Below, one piece after another: positions 38,302 through 49,600 of a stretch of 64,000 bases of DNA. The stretch's first letter is position 1, and each line of letters opens with the position of its first letter. Under the pieces are notes generated by a model. The model saw nothing but the letters and a program-made list of their open reading frames with translations. It did not search any database and had not been told where the DNA came from. Source of the stretch: Yuukianura sp. NJ FZ-2021. Taxonomy: Eukaryota. Position numbers and translations under genes: made by a program. The stretch spans positions 2,914,001 through 2,978,000 of the forward strand of contig CM102285.1 of the NCBI GenBank assembly GCA_046563655.1. Reading direction: 5' to 3'.

Positions 38302-41300
38302 AAAAAATGATGGCATCTTCCTCGTTTGATTTCAAGAAGTACAACGTGTCGTCAACTTTAAAAGCAAAAAAAAAATATTTAATTAATTAAATTTAACAAA
38401 AACTAATTAACTTGGCAATTAAGTAAGTACTGGAAATACTGGTTTACAAATCCTTAAACGTCAATTATTAGCCAAATTAACGTTCAAGGTTAATTAAATT
38501 ACAAAACCACAGTCTCAAAACTTAATTAAAAAATTGCAAATTGTACCTTTTGTTCTTCAAACCGCAATTAAAACCCTATCTAAATTATATTGCAATCGTC
38601 TTCTTTTAATTTCAAATTTGGCATTAACTGTTACAGGATTTATGAAAAGGTTTTATGGAAGACGGATATGGTTCAGTTTTTTCACTATGACGCAAAAATC
38701 TTTGAATTTTGTTTGAGCTAAAAAGTGGAATTTGGAACTTTCCTTCAGTTGAAAGCTTTTTAAGAGTTTCCACTTTCTCTTTTGTTTTTCCAATTCCTTT
38801 ATCCAGTCAATCACGCTACTCTTCCACTCATCAGCATTCCAATGTTCACTTTGGATTTTTTAGAACAAAGGAATTTAATTTGAAATAACTTTTTTTTTAT
38901 TCAGATGAGTTTTTTCAGATGATGAAGCCAAAAGAGCTGAAAAATCTTTTGTCCCTTTCCGTTTTCCCTCGAAATGTTAAAATATTCATGTTAGTGTTGA
39001 GAGGGAATTGAAATGAAGGCGGGAACTTTCAAATCCATTTCCTCCATTTCCCAAAAAACTTGAGCCTTTTAAGGAAATTAAATTAATGCCATTTCGTTAA
39101 GTCAATTCCCTTCCACATGTCTTCAACTTTTAGTCAGTGGAGGACAACTTAAAAAGTTTCGGATAATCAATCCCATCACTCTGTTTCAAAAAAGTTAGGT
39201 TTGCATTTTAGGTTGGTTAGACTTAGCTAACATAGACGAAGTTGGGCTCCAGCAGGAGCAGTTTGTGGCAAGAAAAAGTTAGGAGAAGAATAGAGTCAAG
39301 CAAAAGGAAATTAAAAATAAATTGAAAAGAAAAGTTTAGTTGTGGTCTGCAGTTTTTTTTCGCTTTTTTTGTTGAGTTTAGAGAAAGTTGAGAAAGTAAA
39401 AGTTTCGAGAAAAACAGTTCTAATTTTGATGCTGCTTTTTAGAGACATCAACTCAAAATGAGAACTGCTGCAGAAGCGCATCATTTTGAACATTAAACGA
39501 GATTAAAAGGAGTGAAAGTTTAGTACGAGTTATCATTTTTTTAACTCGGCGCAAGCTGCTATGATTATAAACTTTTTTGTTAGTTTACGAGCAATAAGCA
39601 CAAGGTCTCGCTTCCTTCGCTCCTCTTTTTGAAGTGTTAGAGTTACAATAAAAGAGGAAGTGTGGAGGTGACAGTAGAAGTCAAAGTGTTTAATGAAGAT
39701 CTCATTACCTTCCCATTCATTATTTCACGCACTAAATTTCCTCAACACGACTTTCTCTTTTGCTTACTTTGTTAACTACTGCAGCATCACGCAAAAGAGA
39801 AAAAGTAATTTTTTCAAAGAAAAAAGTCTGTTCGACACTTTTGAGCTAGAAAAGTGACGGAAAAGTTATCAACATTTTATGGACTCATTTTTTCTCTTAT
39901 TTAAGGACGCAGTTAACCCGCACATGGTTAATTCCTTTCAAAATTAAAGTTTCTGCTAATAACGATTCTAATTACAAAGTATTAAGAGGCACATAAGCGC
40001 AGAAATGTAATAAACATTTTAATGCAACATCATAAAAAGATTCAAATAAAAAAATATTTAAAAAATTGTTTAAGATTTTTGTTACTCTTCTTTAAGTATA
40101 ACATCAGGAAAATAAAAACTTCAGAGGCTGGGAGTAAAAAATCTAGTAAATCTTTATACAAAAATGACAGCAAGAGATACCTCCGCAGTTACCGAAATTT
40201 GAAAATCAAGATTTCAGAATTCGCTGTTGATTGGCATGTACAATCAGATGATTTTCTCCAACTTCAACTAGCTACAAACCCAGGAAAAAAGCTTATTGAA
40301 AAGTTTCGATTTCTATTCAACCGAAGAGTTAGAAAAAGGCAAAGAAACATTTTCTACAAATTTTTGCATTTTTCCGCCTTTTGACAAAAGGAAAGCGCTG
40401 GTGACAGTGGCAGGAGAAAGCATTTGAAGGAGTTTCGCTTCTAAGGACACGGGAGGAAGTGAGACATGTCACTCCATGCATCCGTTACTAACCAACGACT
40501 TGCCTAACCTAACCTAAATAACCTAGTACGACCACCACTACCATCAGAAAACTCCACGAATCTTATTCCTGGAAGCGGGAAAAGTGGCAGGGTTTCCACA
40601 TTTTTGAATTCTGTCTCCATCTACACATGACACTAACATGTTCTGTTTCCTGGATTTCTCAAAAACTTTCTCTGTTAACCCCAAATCCACACCCCTTCCT
40701 CATTTCCCCAGTTTTGGAAATTTAGTTTCTCCATTTTTAGGAACTGAAATAAAAACTTGGAATTGTTCCAGAAGCTAATCAAGGGAATTTTAGTTAAAAA
40801 ATAATGAAGCATATACTTTCGTAGTTGGTTGTACATGCGAACAACTAATTTGGCTTTCTCCTATTCCACAAACAAAAGACTGATTTAAATATTGGCAAGT
40901 AGGCGCGTGATAACAACTTTTGGCGATGCTGCATGTACTCCGGTGACCGATAAGAACAAGGTTCAAAACAATTAAAAACTTCAACTTCGAAGTTAATTCT
41001 TTCGTGTCAAGTTTTGTGGGCGTTTTGTTGCACACCCACCTTTAACGCCCTCCATTTTTTTTTTAGATTGCAACTTTCTAACTAAGATGAAAATGGAAAA
41101 CAGCGATAACAACACAAGACAAAGCGAAACACACAATTTCACGACGAAAACCTAAAAAACAGTAAAAAACTTAAGTTTTACCAAAAGATCTTAACAATGG
41201 GTGTACTTTCTGAAGAAATTTTTTACCGCAACCTTATTTGTTAACTTCCGGGCAAGGCGTGCCAAGGTCACGCTAGTTTCTACAAAAAAAAAGTTTTTCA

Positions 41301-41977
41301 ACATGTTGAGAACTTGCAAAAATGTATTCATTTTCTTCCTGAAATGTACGTTCGAACTCTTACTATGATTTGTTTTACCATTTCATAACGTCATAGACTA
41401 ATTGTCACTGTAATCTTTTATAATATGTAACAGTCACAAAATTTAACAGCAATTTTTACATTTCGCTTCAAATCAAAGTAAATTCAGAACAATTCGTTAC
41501 TGGGAAGTTTTTCCGCTTGAATTTTTAACTAACTTTTAGAGACATTCGTGTGGCTTCTCAAGTATTAATTTGGATTTTGTTTCCGTTCTTCCAATAAGTT
41601 AACATTCCGCAACTAAAAGCATATTTTTTTTTGTTTATTTTGCATTCTCGAAGTACAGTCTAAAAACAACTTCTTAATTAACTTCCTACTTAAAAATTGT
41701 TATGCACTTTGTTTAGGCAGAGTATGTACGTATTTACGCATCTTATTTAACAAATTCCACGCACTTAGACGAAGTAATTTCTTCTCTGGTAACTTTCTTC
41801 CTTCGTTATAGGTTTAGAGCAAGGTTCCTGTAGCAACCATTTGTACAAATTTGTATAGTAAATTTTTAAGTATATTTTAAACAGGAGACGCAGAATATGA
41901 TTTGGGTGCGGTGTAATGAGAAATTTCGTGTATTTCAAACTCTGTCTTGGTATTACCGAGAAGAACCTTTTTCCTTG

Positions 41978-42615
41978 TCAGTTCCATCCAGGTGAATTGT
42001 CTTCTGTATTTAATTTGTTCTCTATTTTCCACTCCTTGCGCCGATTCGTGAACCAAGTTGTGATTTGGCGTTCTGTCAAGCAGAGGGCATGGGCAATTTC
42101 AATTCGTCGCCTTCTCGTAAGATAGTGATTGAAGTGAAATTCCTTCTCCAGTTCCAGAGTCTGATATTGTGTATAGGTATACGTATAACAACCATCCTTA
42201 AGCTCATTAGGAAGTGTGAGTTCCTGCAGCAGCGTCGGCGTTTCCTCGGGGATTTGATGATCCCCCAGGCAGTTGTGTTTTTTATTTTCCACTCCTTGCG
42301 TCGATTCTTGAACCAAGTTGTGACTTGGCGTTCTGTCAAGCAGAGGGCATGGGCAATGTCAATTCGTCGCCTTTTCGTGAGATAGTGATTGAAGTGAAAT
42401 TCCTTCTCCAGTTCCAGCGTCTGATATTGTGTGTAATTGGTTTGACGAGCTCGCTCAAGCTCAATGGGAAGTATGACTTCCTGCGGCGGGGTTGGCGTTT
42501 CCCCAGGGATTTCATAATTCCCCCAGGCGATTGGGGTCATTCTCAAAACCCCAGGGTTTTGGCAGTTTGGGCATACTATGCACAAGTTCTGCATATTATC
42601 GCACAAGTTCTGCAT
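41978..42615 (-). CDS. Divergent Antp-class (Hox-derived) protein with two tandem homeodomains; 1-nt frameshift between them as assembled
   Basis: Two copies of [17 protein letters not shown](K/R)RRRI(D/E)[13 protein letters not shown](K/T)NRR in a 258-bp internal duplication. The frame break is at the C5 run 42262-42266. A TATA-like/Inr-like pair lies at ~42811/42780. Confidence 0.8.
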
Positions 42616-43660
42616 ATTGTCCTTTTCAGATGTGTGCACTTCAGAAACTTTCTTTTTGAAAAAAAGTTAAAACGAAACTTTGAACTCAAATTACGAGAAA
42701 TGATTTGAAAGCAAGGCATATTCAGTCTCTTGGCTGACCCGAAGAACAGAAGAACGAAACAGAGACAGAATTCCAACTAACGAACTATAGCGATGTTCTG
42801 CTGTATTTAAAGGAAAATTTTTAACCTAAGCCTTATGGCGTGAACTTAACAGTAAATAACAGGCCCTTTAAGCGACCTTCAACTAACCCAAACAACAACA
42901 CCCTTCGAGTATTTTATAGATTTTCCTTTAAAATTTCTTCATAAGTTTTTCCCAGAAGAAGGACAAAGTACATTGTTCCGAAAGCCTGGGATCTTTTCTC
43001 AATAAAACTAGTGTTAACAACTGGTGTACATACGAAAAATGAAAACTACCCTTAAGTTGTTTTTCTCCATTTAGAGAACAAAGAGCTCAAAGCATATTTT
43101 GCAAAACAAGCCCTCCTTAAGGATTCGAATGACACTGGGGACATAATAGCTTTTATAAGTTTTCGAAAGTTTGTAAGAAAAAATTAAAGAAACGCCTACT
43201 TTCACTTTCTACTGATTTGAGGTCACAAAATTTACGCTAACCAGGGCACTCGTGACAATAGCGACGAAGGAATGGAAACCCGGATGCGGGCATCTGTAGC
43301 ATTGTTTCTTTACATTTAAGAGTTTCTTTAGTGGATTTTATTGTTATACTTTATAGCTGTAATTATAATTAGAGAATAATTATGAATTTTAGAAGCTAAA
43401 CTTAAGTTACGGGAGCACGAATGCCTTGTTCCAAAAGAATTGTTTCTACGTACTTTTGTTCCAAAAGAATTGCTCAGATCAAATTGATTCTACAAAGACA
43501 AATTGACTCAAAACGTCAATTGTACCAAAGCTTTCTAAAAAGATTGCTTTTAATGCCCTGTTTCAAATGCCGATTCCTTCAAGTCAGGTTGCTTCTACAA
43601 GAATTGTTTAAAAAAGGTACAGCTGAAAAATACACAGTTCTAAAAACAAACTTGAACGCC

Positions 43661-46600
43661 CTACAATTTTACAAAAGAAAATTCCGGCTTTTTGTGCTTG
43701 AGAGGTCGTTTCGGTTCTGGAGGCGGAGGAGGTGGCGTAGCCGTTACTGGGGCGATTTCGTCAAGATCGGCACTACCGGCTCCTAAGGTGAACTTACCAC
43801 CACTGCTTCGTGAAGCCGATTGAATGTCTACGTCAACTTTAATTCCTTGTCCTTTGAGAAATGCATATAAAGATCCTCTAGTTGCAAGGAGATCTTTTAG
43901 ACGTCCAAATTCTGTAATTTGTCCTTTTTCCAAAAAGGCAATGTACTGACATTTTTTCATCGTTATGTACGAGTTGGTTACAAGCAGGGTCGTCCGGCCT
44001 TTGACCACGCTGTACATTGTACGTAGGACCGTCTGAACATAACCAACAAACAAACGAAGCATTTAAGCAAAGGTTTATTAATTTTAATTAAGTTTAAGTC
44101 TGATTTGAAACGAGAGCTGATGAAAACATACTTTTTCTTCCTCTGCATCTAGCGTACTTGTTGGGTCATCAAAAAGCAAGATCGGAGGATCCCTATAAAC
44201 ATAAAACCAAGTTAATATTTATTTAGAATCAGAAGTATAAATGGCTGAATAAACTTACTTTATAGTGGCTTGGGCAATTGCAATGGCTTGTCGTTGTCCT
44301 GGATTTAGTTTCTTTCCCTGCTCTCCGCATTTTGTATCATATTGCTACAAAGTTATCGTTTTAGTTTAGAGTGGAAAAATTTCTACTTTAGTTAACATAA
44401 ATTTAAGTTTATATTTCCTGATACTTATAAAACTATATTACACTACTACATATACTACCTAATAAATTATACACGTTTGTATTGTATCACTTACATGTGG
44501 AAGCTCATCAGCAATAAATTTTGCATTGGCAGCAGCCGCCGCTTCTTCTACAAGGACCTGAAGATCGCCACCTTCTTCAAATCCTTGGTAGCCGTAGGTA
44601 ATGTTATCCTTAACGGAGATGTCAAACAAATTAAGGTTTTGAGGAACGTAGCCAAGGTGGTTCCGCAGATACGCAACGTTAAAGTCACACAGGTCAATGC
44701 CATCAATGAGCTGCCGTTGAAACACAATTCAATCAAACATTTACATGCAATATTTTGTTTTATATAAATTATATTTTTTGTCTTGTAATTTTTTTTATTG
44801 CAAATTCTCACCACTCTACCGCCTGTAATTTCATAAAATCTTTCGAGAATCAACAGCAGAGTTGTCTTTCCAGCTCCACTGGGTCCAACTGCAATTTTAA
44901 AAACGCGGCAAATATATTTTTCGAAACACAAAATTCTTTAAAAAAGCGAAAGTACCTATTGCGACTACAGATCCAGCGGGGATTTTGAGATTGACCCCTT
45001 GAAGTACTTGTGTTTGTGGATTCTTAGGATAACTGCACCAAACATCCTTAAACTCAATGTCTCCTTTGATGTTCACTGGTTGAAGTCCAGTGGGACTGTA
45101 GGGGTCAAGGTCAGACTTTGCATCGATTAGTCTGAAAATGAAGGCAGCAGAGATCCTGGCCTTGAAAAATTCTGGAATGAAGCTCGTTGCTTGCCCAAGA
45201 CTCAAACTCCCAAAAGTGAGAACAAAAAATACGCTGCAATAAATTCCATTTTTTATAAATAACCAAAGGTAGTAATAGTTTTCCATTAAATTGTAGCAAG
45301 GGCAAAACATATTTCTTACATGAAAACATCAGAAACTTTCTTACATGAAAACATCAGAAACTTTCTTACATGAAAACATCAGAAACTTTCTTACATGAAA
45401 ACATCAGAAACTGCAAGCACTTTGGTTCGAATTAACTCTGCGCCAATCATGAAAGTTGCTCCAAATATGAAAAACATGAGACACTCGGAGGTTGCGTAAA
45501 CCAAAGCGTACCAAGCTGCTCTTTTGTGATCTTCACTAAATAAGAAAATTAGAAGTTACGCAAATTTTCATATGCTGAGCACTTCTATACTTACAATACT
45601 TGTTTGTAGTTGGAAAATTTATCTAAATTTACTGCTATTAAATTTCTAAAGAAATGTTAAAATGTGTTGCAACTTACATCAGAGCCGGATAAATTATGTT
45701 TTCTGTTTGACGACATATTGCAAATGCTGTACATGATGTCTGAATGGCTTCAACGTTCTTAATTACAAGACTCGTGACCTATGCAATTGAATTATATTGC
45801 AAACTATTTTAGTAAAATTCCTCAGTAAAAATAATTCGGTGAATGAAAATTTTAAATGTTAAAAATACAGTGGATTCTCTAAATAAGGGAAAAAATCACG
45901 ATTGGAGGATTGGTAGTAGGCGCCTCCCCCAGTACCGTAAGATTTCTGGTAAACGGTCACTTATATGGAATTTAAAGCTAGGAACACCATTCTAATGAAA
46001 ATTTCCTGTTTCGAAGTTCAGAGTATATAATTAATATTAATATAATATTCATATATTAATGCTAATTATATGTGATATCTATATACGTATCAATATTATA
46101 TGGTATATTATATGCAAATTACGTTGTGAATGTCACCCTTATTAAACAGGTTATATAATATAACATATTATATACAGTGCGCAGTTGCGCAGTTTGTGCG
46201 CAGTTGCGCAGTTATATATATATATATATATATATATAGCATAACTATATAAATATTATATATATATTAATGTTAGTTAATTTCATTTAATTATCTAATT
46301 ACTTTTGTTTCGCACCAAAAAAAAATTAACCAAAAAAAACAATCGTAAAAAATATGCCGATAAACTGAAACATACGTTCCCTCCAAAATTAAAACTTTAC
46401 GGTACCGCGACTTCGAGTGAAAGTGAGAAAGAGGAGGAGCTCATGTCCCTTATTTAGAGAATCCACTGTACTCGGATTTTTTTTAAATGCTTTTCTTACG
46501 TTAACAAGGTGGCGTCGAATAGTGGTCATGTTTGCATGCGACTTGCGTAATACTTTCCTGAGCACGTAGAAGCATATGATCAGAACTGGTATCGTCGAAG

Positions 46601-49600
46601 AAGCAGCGAGGGCAAGTTGCCAGCTAAAAATTGCCGCAATAACAAGCCCTGTGATCAATGTCATAATGGCACTAATAGCAATCCCCAAACGCTGACCTAT
46701 TGCCTAGTTAAAAAAATAAAAACAAAATTACTAATAACAAAATTTCCAACTTTAAAACAGACAATTGTAACAATCATGTTAAGTTCGTCTGTTTACATTT
46801 CTAATAAATGGAGTGTCGGATGCAAGTCGAGCGTACAGGAGTCCTGGAGTGTTCTCGTCGAAATCAAACCAACTTATGTGTTGCCTTAGAATGGATTCAA
46901 ACGATGCCAAGCGCAAACTCACTCCCAGTTGTTCTCCAAAAATTCCAATGAAAATTGTCCTGGCACAGTATCCCACTCCAGCCAAAAAGGCCAGTAGAAT
47001 TAACATTTCCACCCAGTGGATTCCAGAAGAAAATAAATTTTGTGTAGGTCCAACAAACATCTACAAAGAAAAATAACTTCTTTTAGAAAGTTCAACAAAA
47101 CTATTAGAAATGAGTCGTTTTCAATTTTTGATCAAATATACGTTGAGGATTTTTCCTAGACACAGTGCCAAAAGCGGAATAACGAGTCCGCTCAGTAAAC
47201 ATCCAAAAATTCCAAAATAGAGCAGGCGCGACTTGTCGGGCAGTGTGTGAACAACTCTGCAGATGGAAGGAATATCTTGGAAAATGGCATACTCATCTTC
47301 GAATGACTCAATCTTCTTGATTTGTACGCCAGGAGCGAAAGTGACTTTTTCTTTTTGGATCTAACTCCTTCCGAACGCTCTTTTTCGGCAATAAGATTTT
47401 CTTGAAGCAACATTCGCAGGTAGTCTCCTTCCAATTTCTGGAGTTCTTCATCCGTTCCACTTTCTGACACTTCACCATCCTGGTGAAACAAATTTTAGAA
47501 AATTTCAAAAACTAAACTTTTTGACTGTACAAAAAAATTGAAGTCACGATACGATGGGATGTAACGAATATCTTCAATATAGTATCTTTGCCAATTTAGA
47601 AGTGACATACCTTAAGCACAAAAATCTTTGTAGCGCCTCTCACAAGCGCCACTTTATTGTCCACTATAATTGTGGATGAAGATTTTCTCCACTCGGATAA
47701 ATTTTTCAAAATTTGTTCCGCTTCGATAGGGGCCAATAAAGACAGAACCTCGTGCAGTATCAAAATTTTCGGATTTGAAAGAATATATTTTGCAATGTAA
47801 ATTTTTATCCTAAAAATTCAACAAACTGCATGTGTCATGGTTCTCACTTTGTGTCATTAAAGTCAGTTTGTTTTACCGCTCTGTTGTCGAAAAGCTTCCG
47901 CCGTCTGGGCATAGAGCATTTGAAAGGTACCCCTGCAAGTAGTTTGATACAGACGACTTTCTAACTTAGAAAATGTGCAAAATACAAAACGAATGGCAAT
48001 TGCACAAATGGGAGTTAGAAAATCTCCTTACTGTGATGTAATAATGTCATTGCAAAATCTACCCATTTGCAAATTTGGTGGATATTGCACTGACAATAGG
48101 ACCTCAGAGAAAGGCAATTTCCTAACCCCGTTTGTGAAATTGCCATTGATTTTGTATTTTGCAAATTTAAGTTAGGAAGTCTTCTGCACTTGTAATGTGA
48201 ATTAAGTTGATTAATTACGTTGTTGAAATAGAATTACCTGCGGTAATTGTTGAATTCTATTGTGTATTAGCGCCATTTTTGCCGCCTTAATCACATGACT
48301 AATTGTGACTTCTTTTTTGAAGAAACGTATTACATCAAATATCGTCGCCGCATAAAGTGTCTTTAAAAAATGGAAATGGAAAAGTTGCTAGCAATTTTTC
48401 AGCTCCAAAAACTAGTAACTTGAATTTTAAAAAACAATATGGAATAACGGAATTATTAATGCTATCATTACCGGATTACGATTGACGACAGAAATTTGTT
48501 CCCGCAACCATCTCACGTTCTAAATTTTGTTTAAATTTTAGCATTTTGACTCGAGCCTTAAACTCTTATTCAAAGTGTTCTGTGGACTTAACTTACCAGT
48601 GAAGTAATGTCATTGTTGTCGAATATTACTTGACCTACTTGTGGATCGTAGAAACGCAGCATCATTTTTACAAATGTGCCCTTTCCAGAGCCGCCACGGC
48701 CAACAATAGCTGAATTATATGGAGAAAATGTTTAGTTTCGAAGCTTCTACTTTGTTGAGTTTGAACTTCTTACCAAATACTCCTTTGCCAGAGATTTCAA
48801 GGTTCATTTCCTTGAAAACCGGCTTCTGCTCTCGTCCGGGGTAGGCAAACGTTACGTTTGAAAATCTTACTCTGCCTGTAAAATCTCTCGGGCGTAAACC
48901 TAAACCATCAAAACCTATTGTTAAAGGTAACTTATCCTAAAAGTAGTTGAAGTAATTGTAAACTAATAAACATCAGCTGAAACTAGTAGCCTTTCCATAA
49001 CTAAAACTAACGAGGGAAAATTTCCAACCGGATGTCAAGTTTTTGATTTAAAAAATACAGTCATATTTTGAATGACAAAGGAAAATTTTCCGCAATAGTT
49101 TCGGTTGCCAACTCCAAAAAAATATCCCGACCTAGGCTAGAACCCGTGGCGCCACTCCAGTGGAATGAACCCAGAAATTTTTATGTCGAAATCTTCAACA
49201 GAAAACGTGTCTAGGATGTTTTTTCATACAATCTAGACGTTTTCTGTTGAAAAGTTGGACATAAAAAATATTTCCTCACTTTTTTCTGCAGTGGGGCCAT
49301 GGGTTCGAGCCCAGGTCGGAGTATTTATTTTGGCGTTGGCAACAGAAACTACTGCAGAAATTTGTCTTTTGGCATACAGAATATGAGTTTATTTTTTAAA
49401 TTCAAAAACATGACATCCGGTTGGGAATGTTCCCTCGTAAGTTATACGTTAAAACTAAGGATTAGGAACTTGCCTGAAAAACTGTATGGGTCAATTTCTG
49501 GAACAGAGTTTAGTACACTTCCCAATAGTTTACAGGATGCAAAGGAAGCAGCGATGCTGTTAACATACGGCAAGAGCATGCCAATTGCAAATGTACAAAT

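Noticed and set aside
38400-43400. Window as part of the canonical Hox cluster
   Set aside because: No other homeobox or hexapeptide exon, and I did not spot miR-10 or iab-4; the neighbouring genes are unrelated
45312-45411. CRISPR-like array
   Set aside because: The units are contiguous with no spacers, the context is a eukaryotic intron, and there are no cas genes
49285-49325. tRNA gene
   Set aside because: Only a T-arm-like piece; no D-arm or acceptor stem, and it lies inside a MITE
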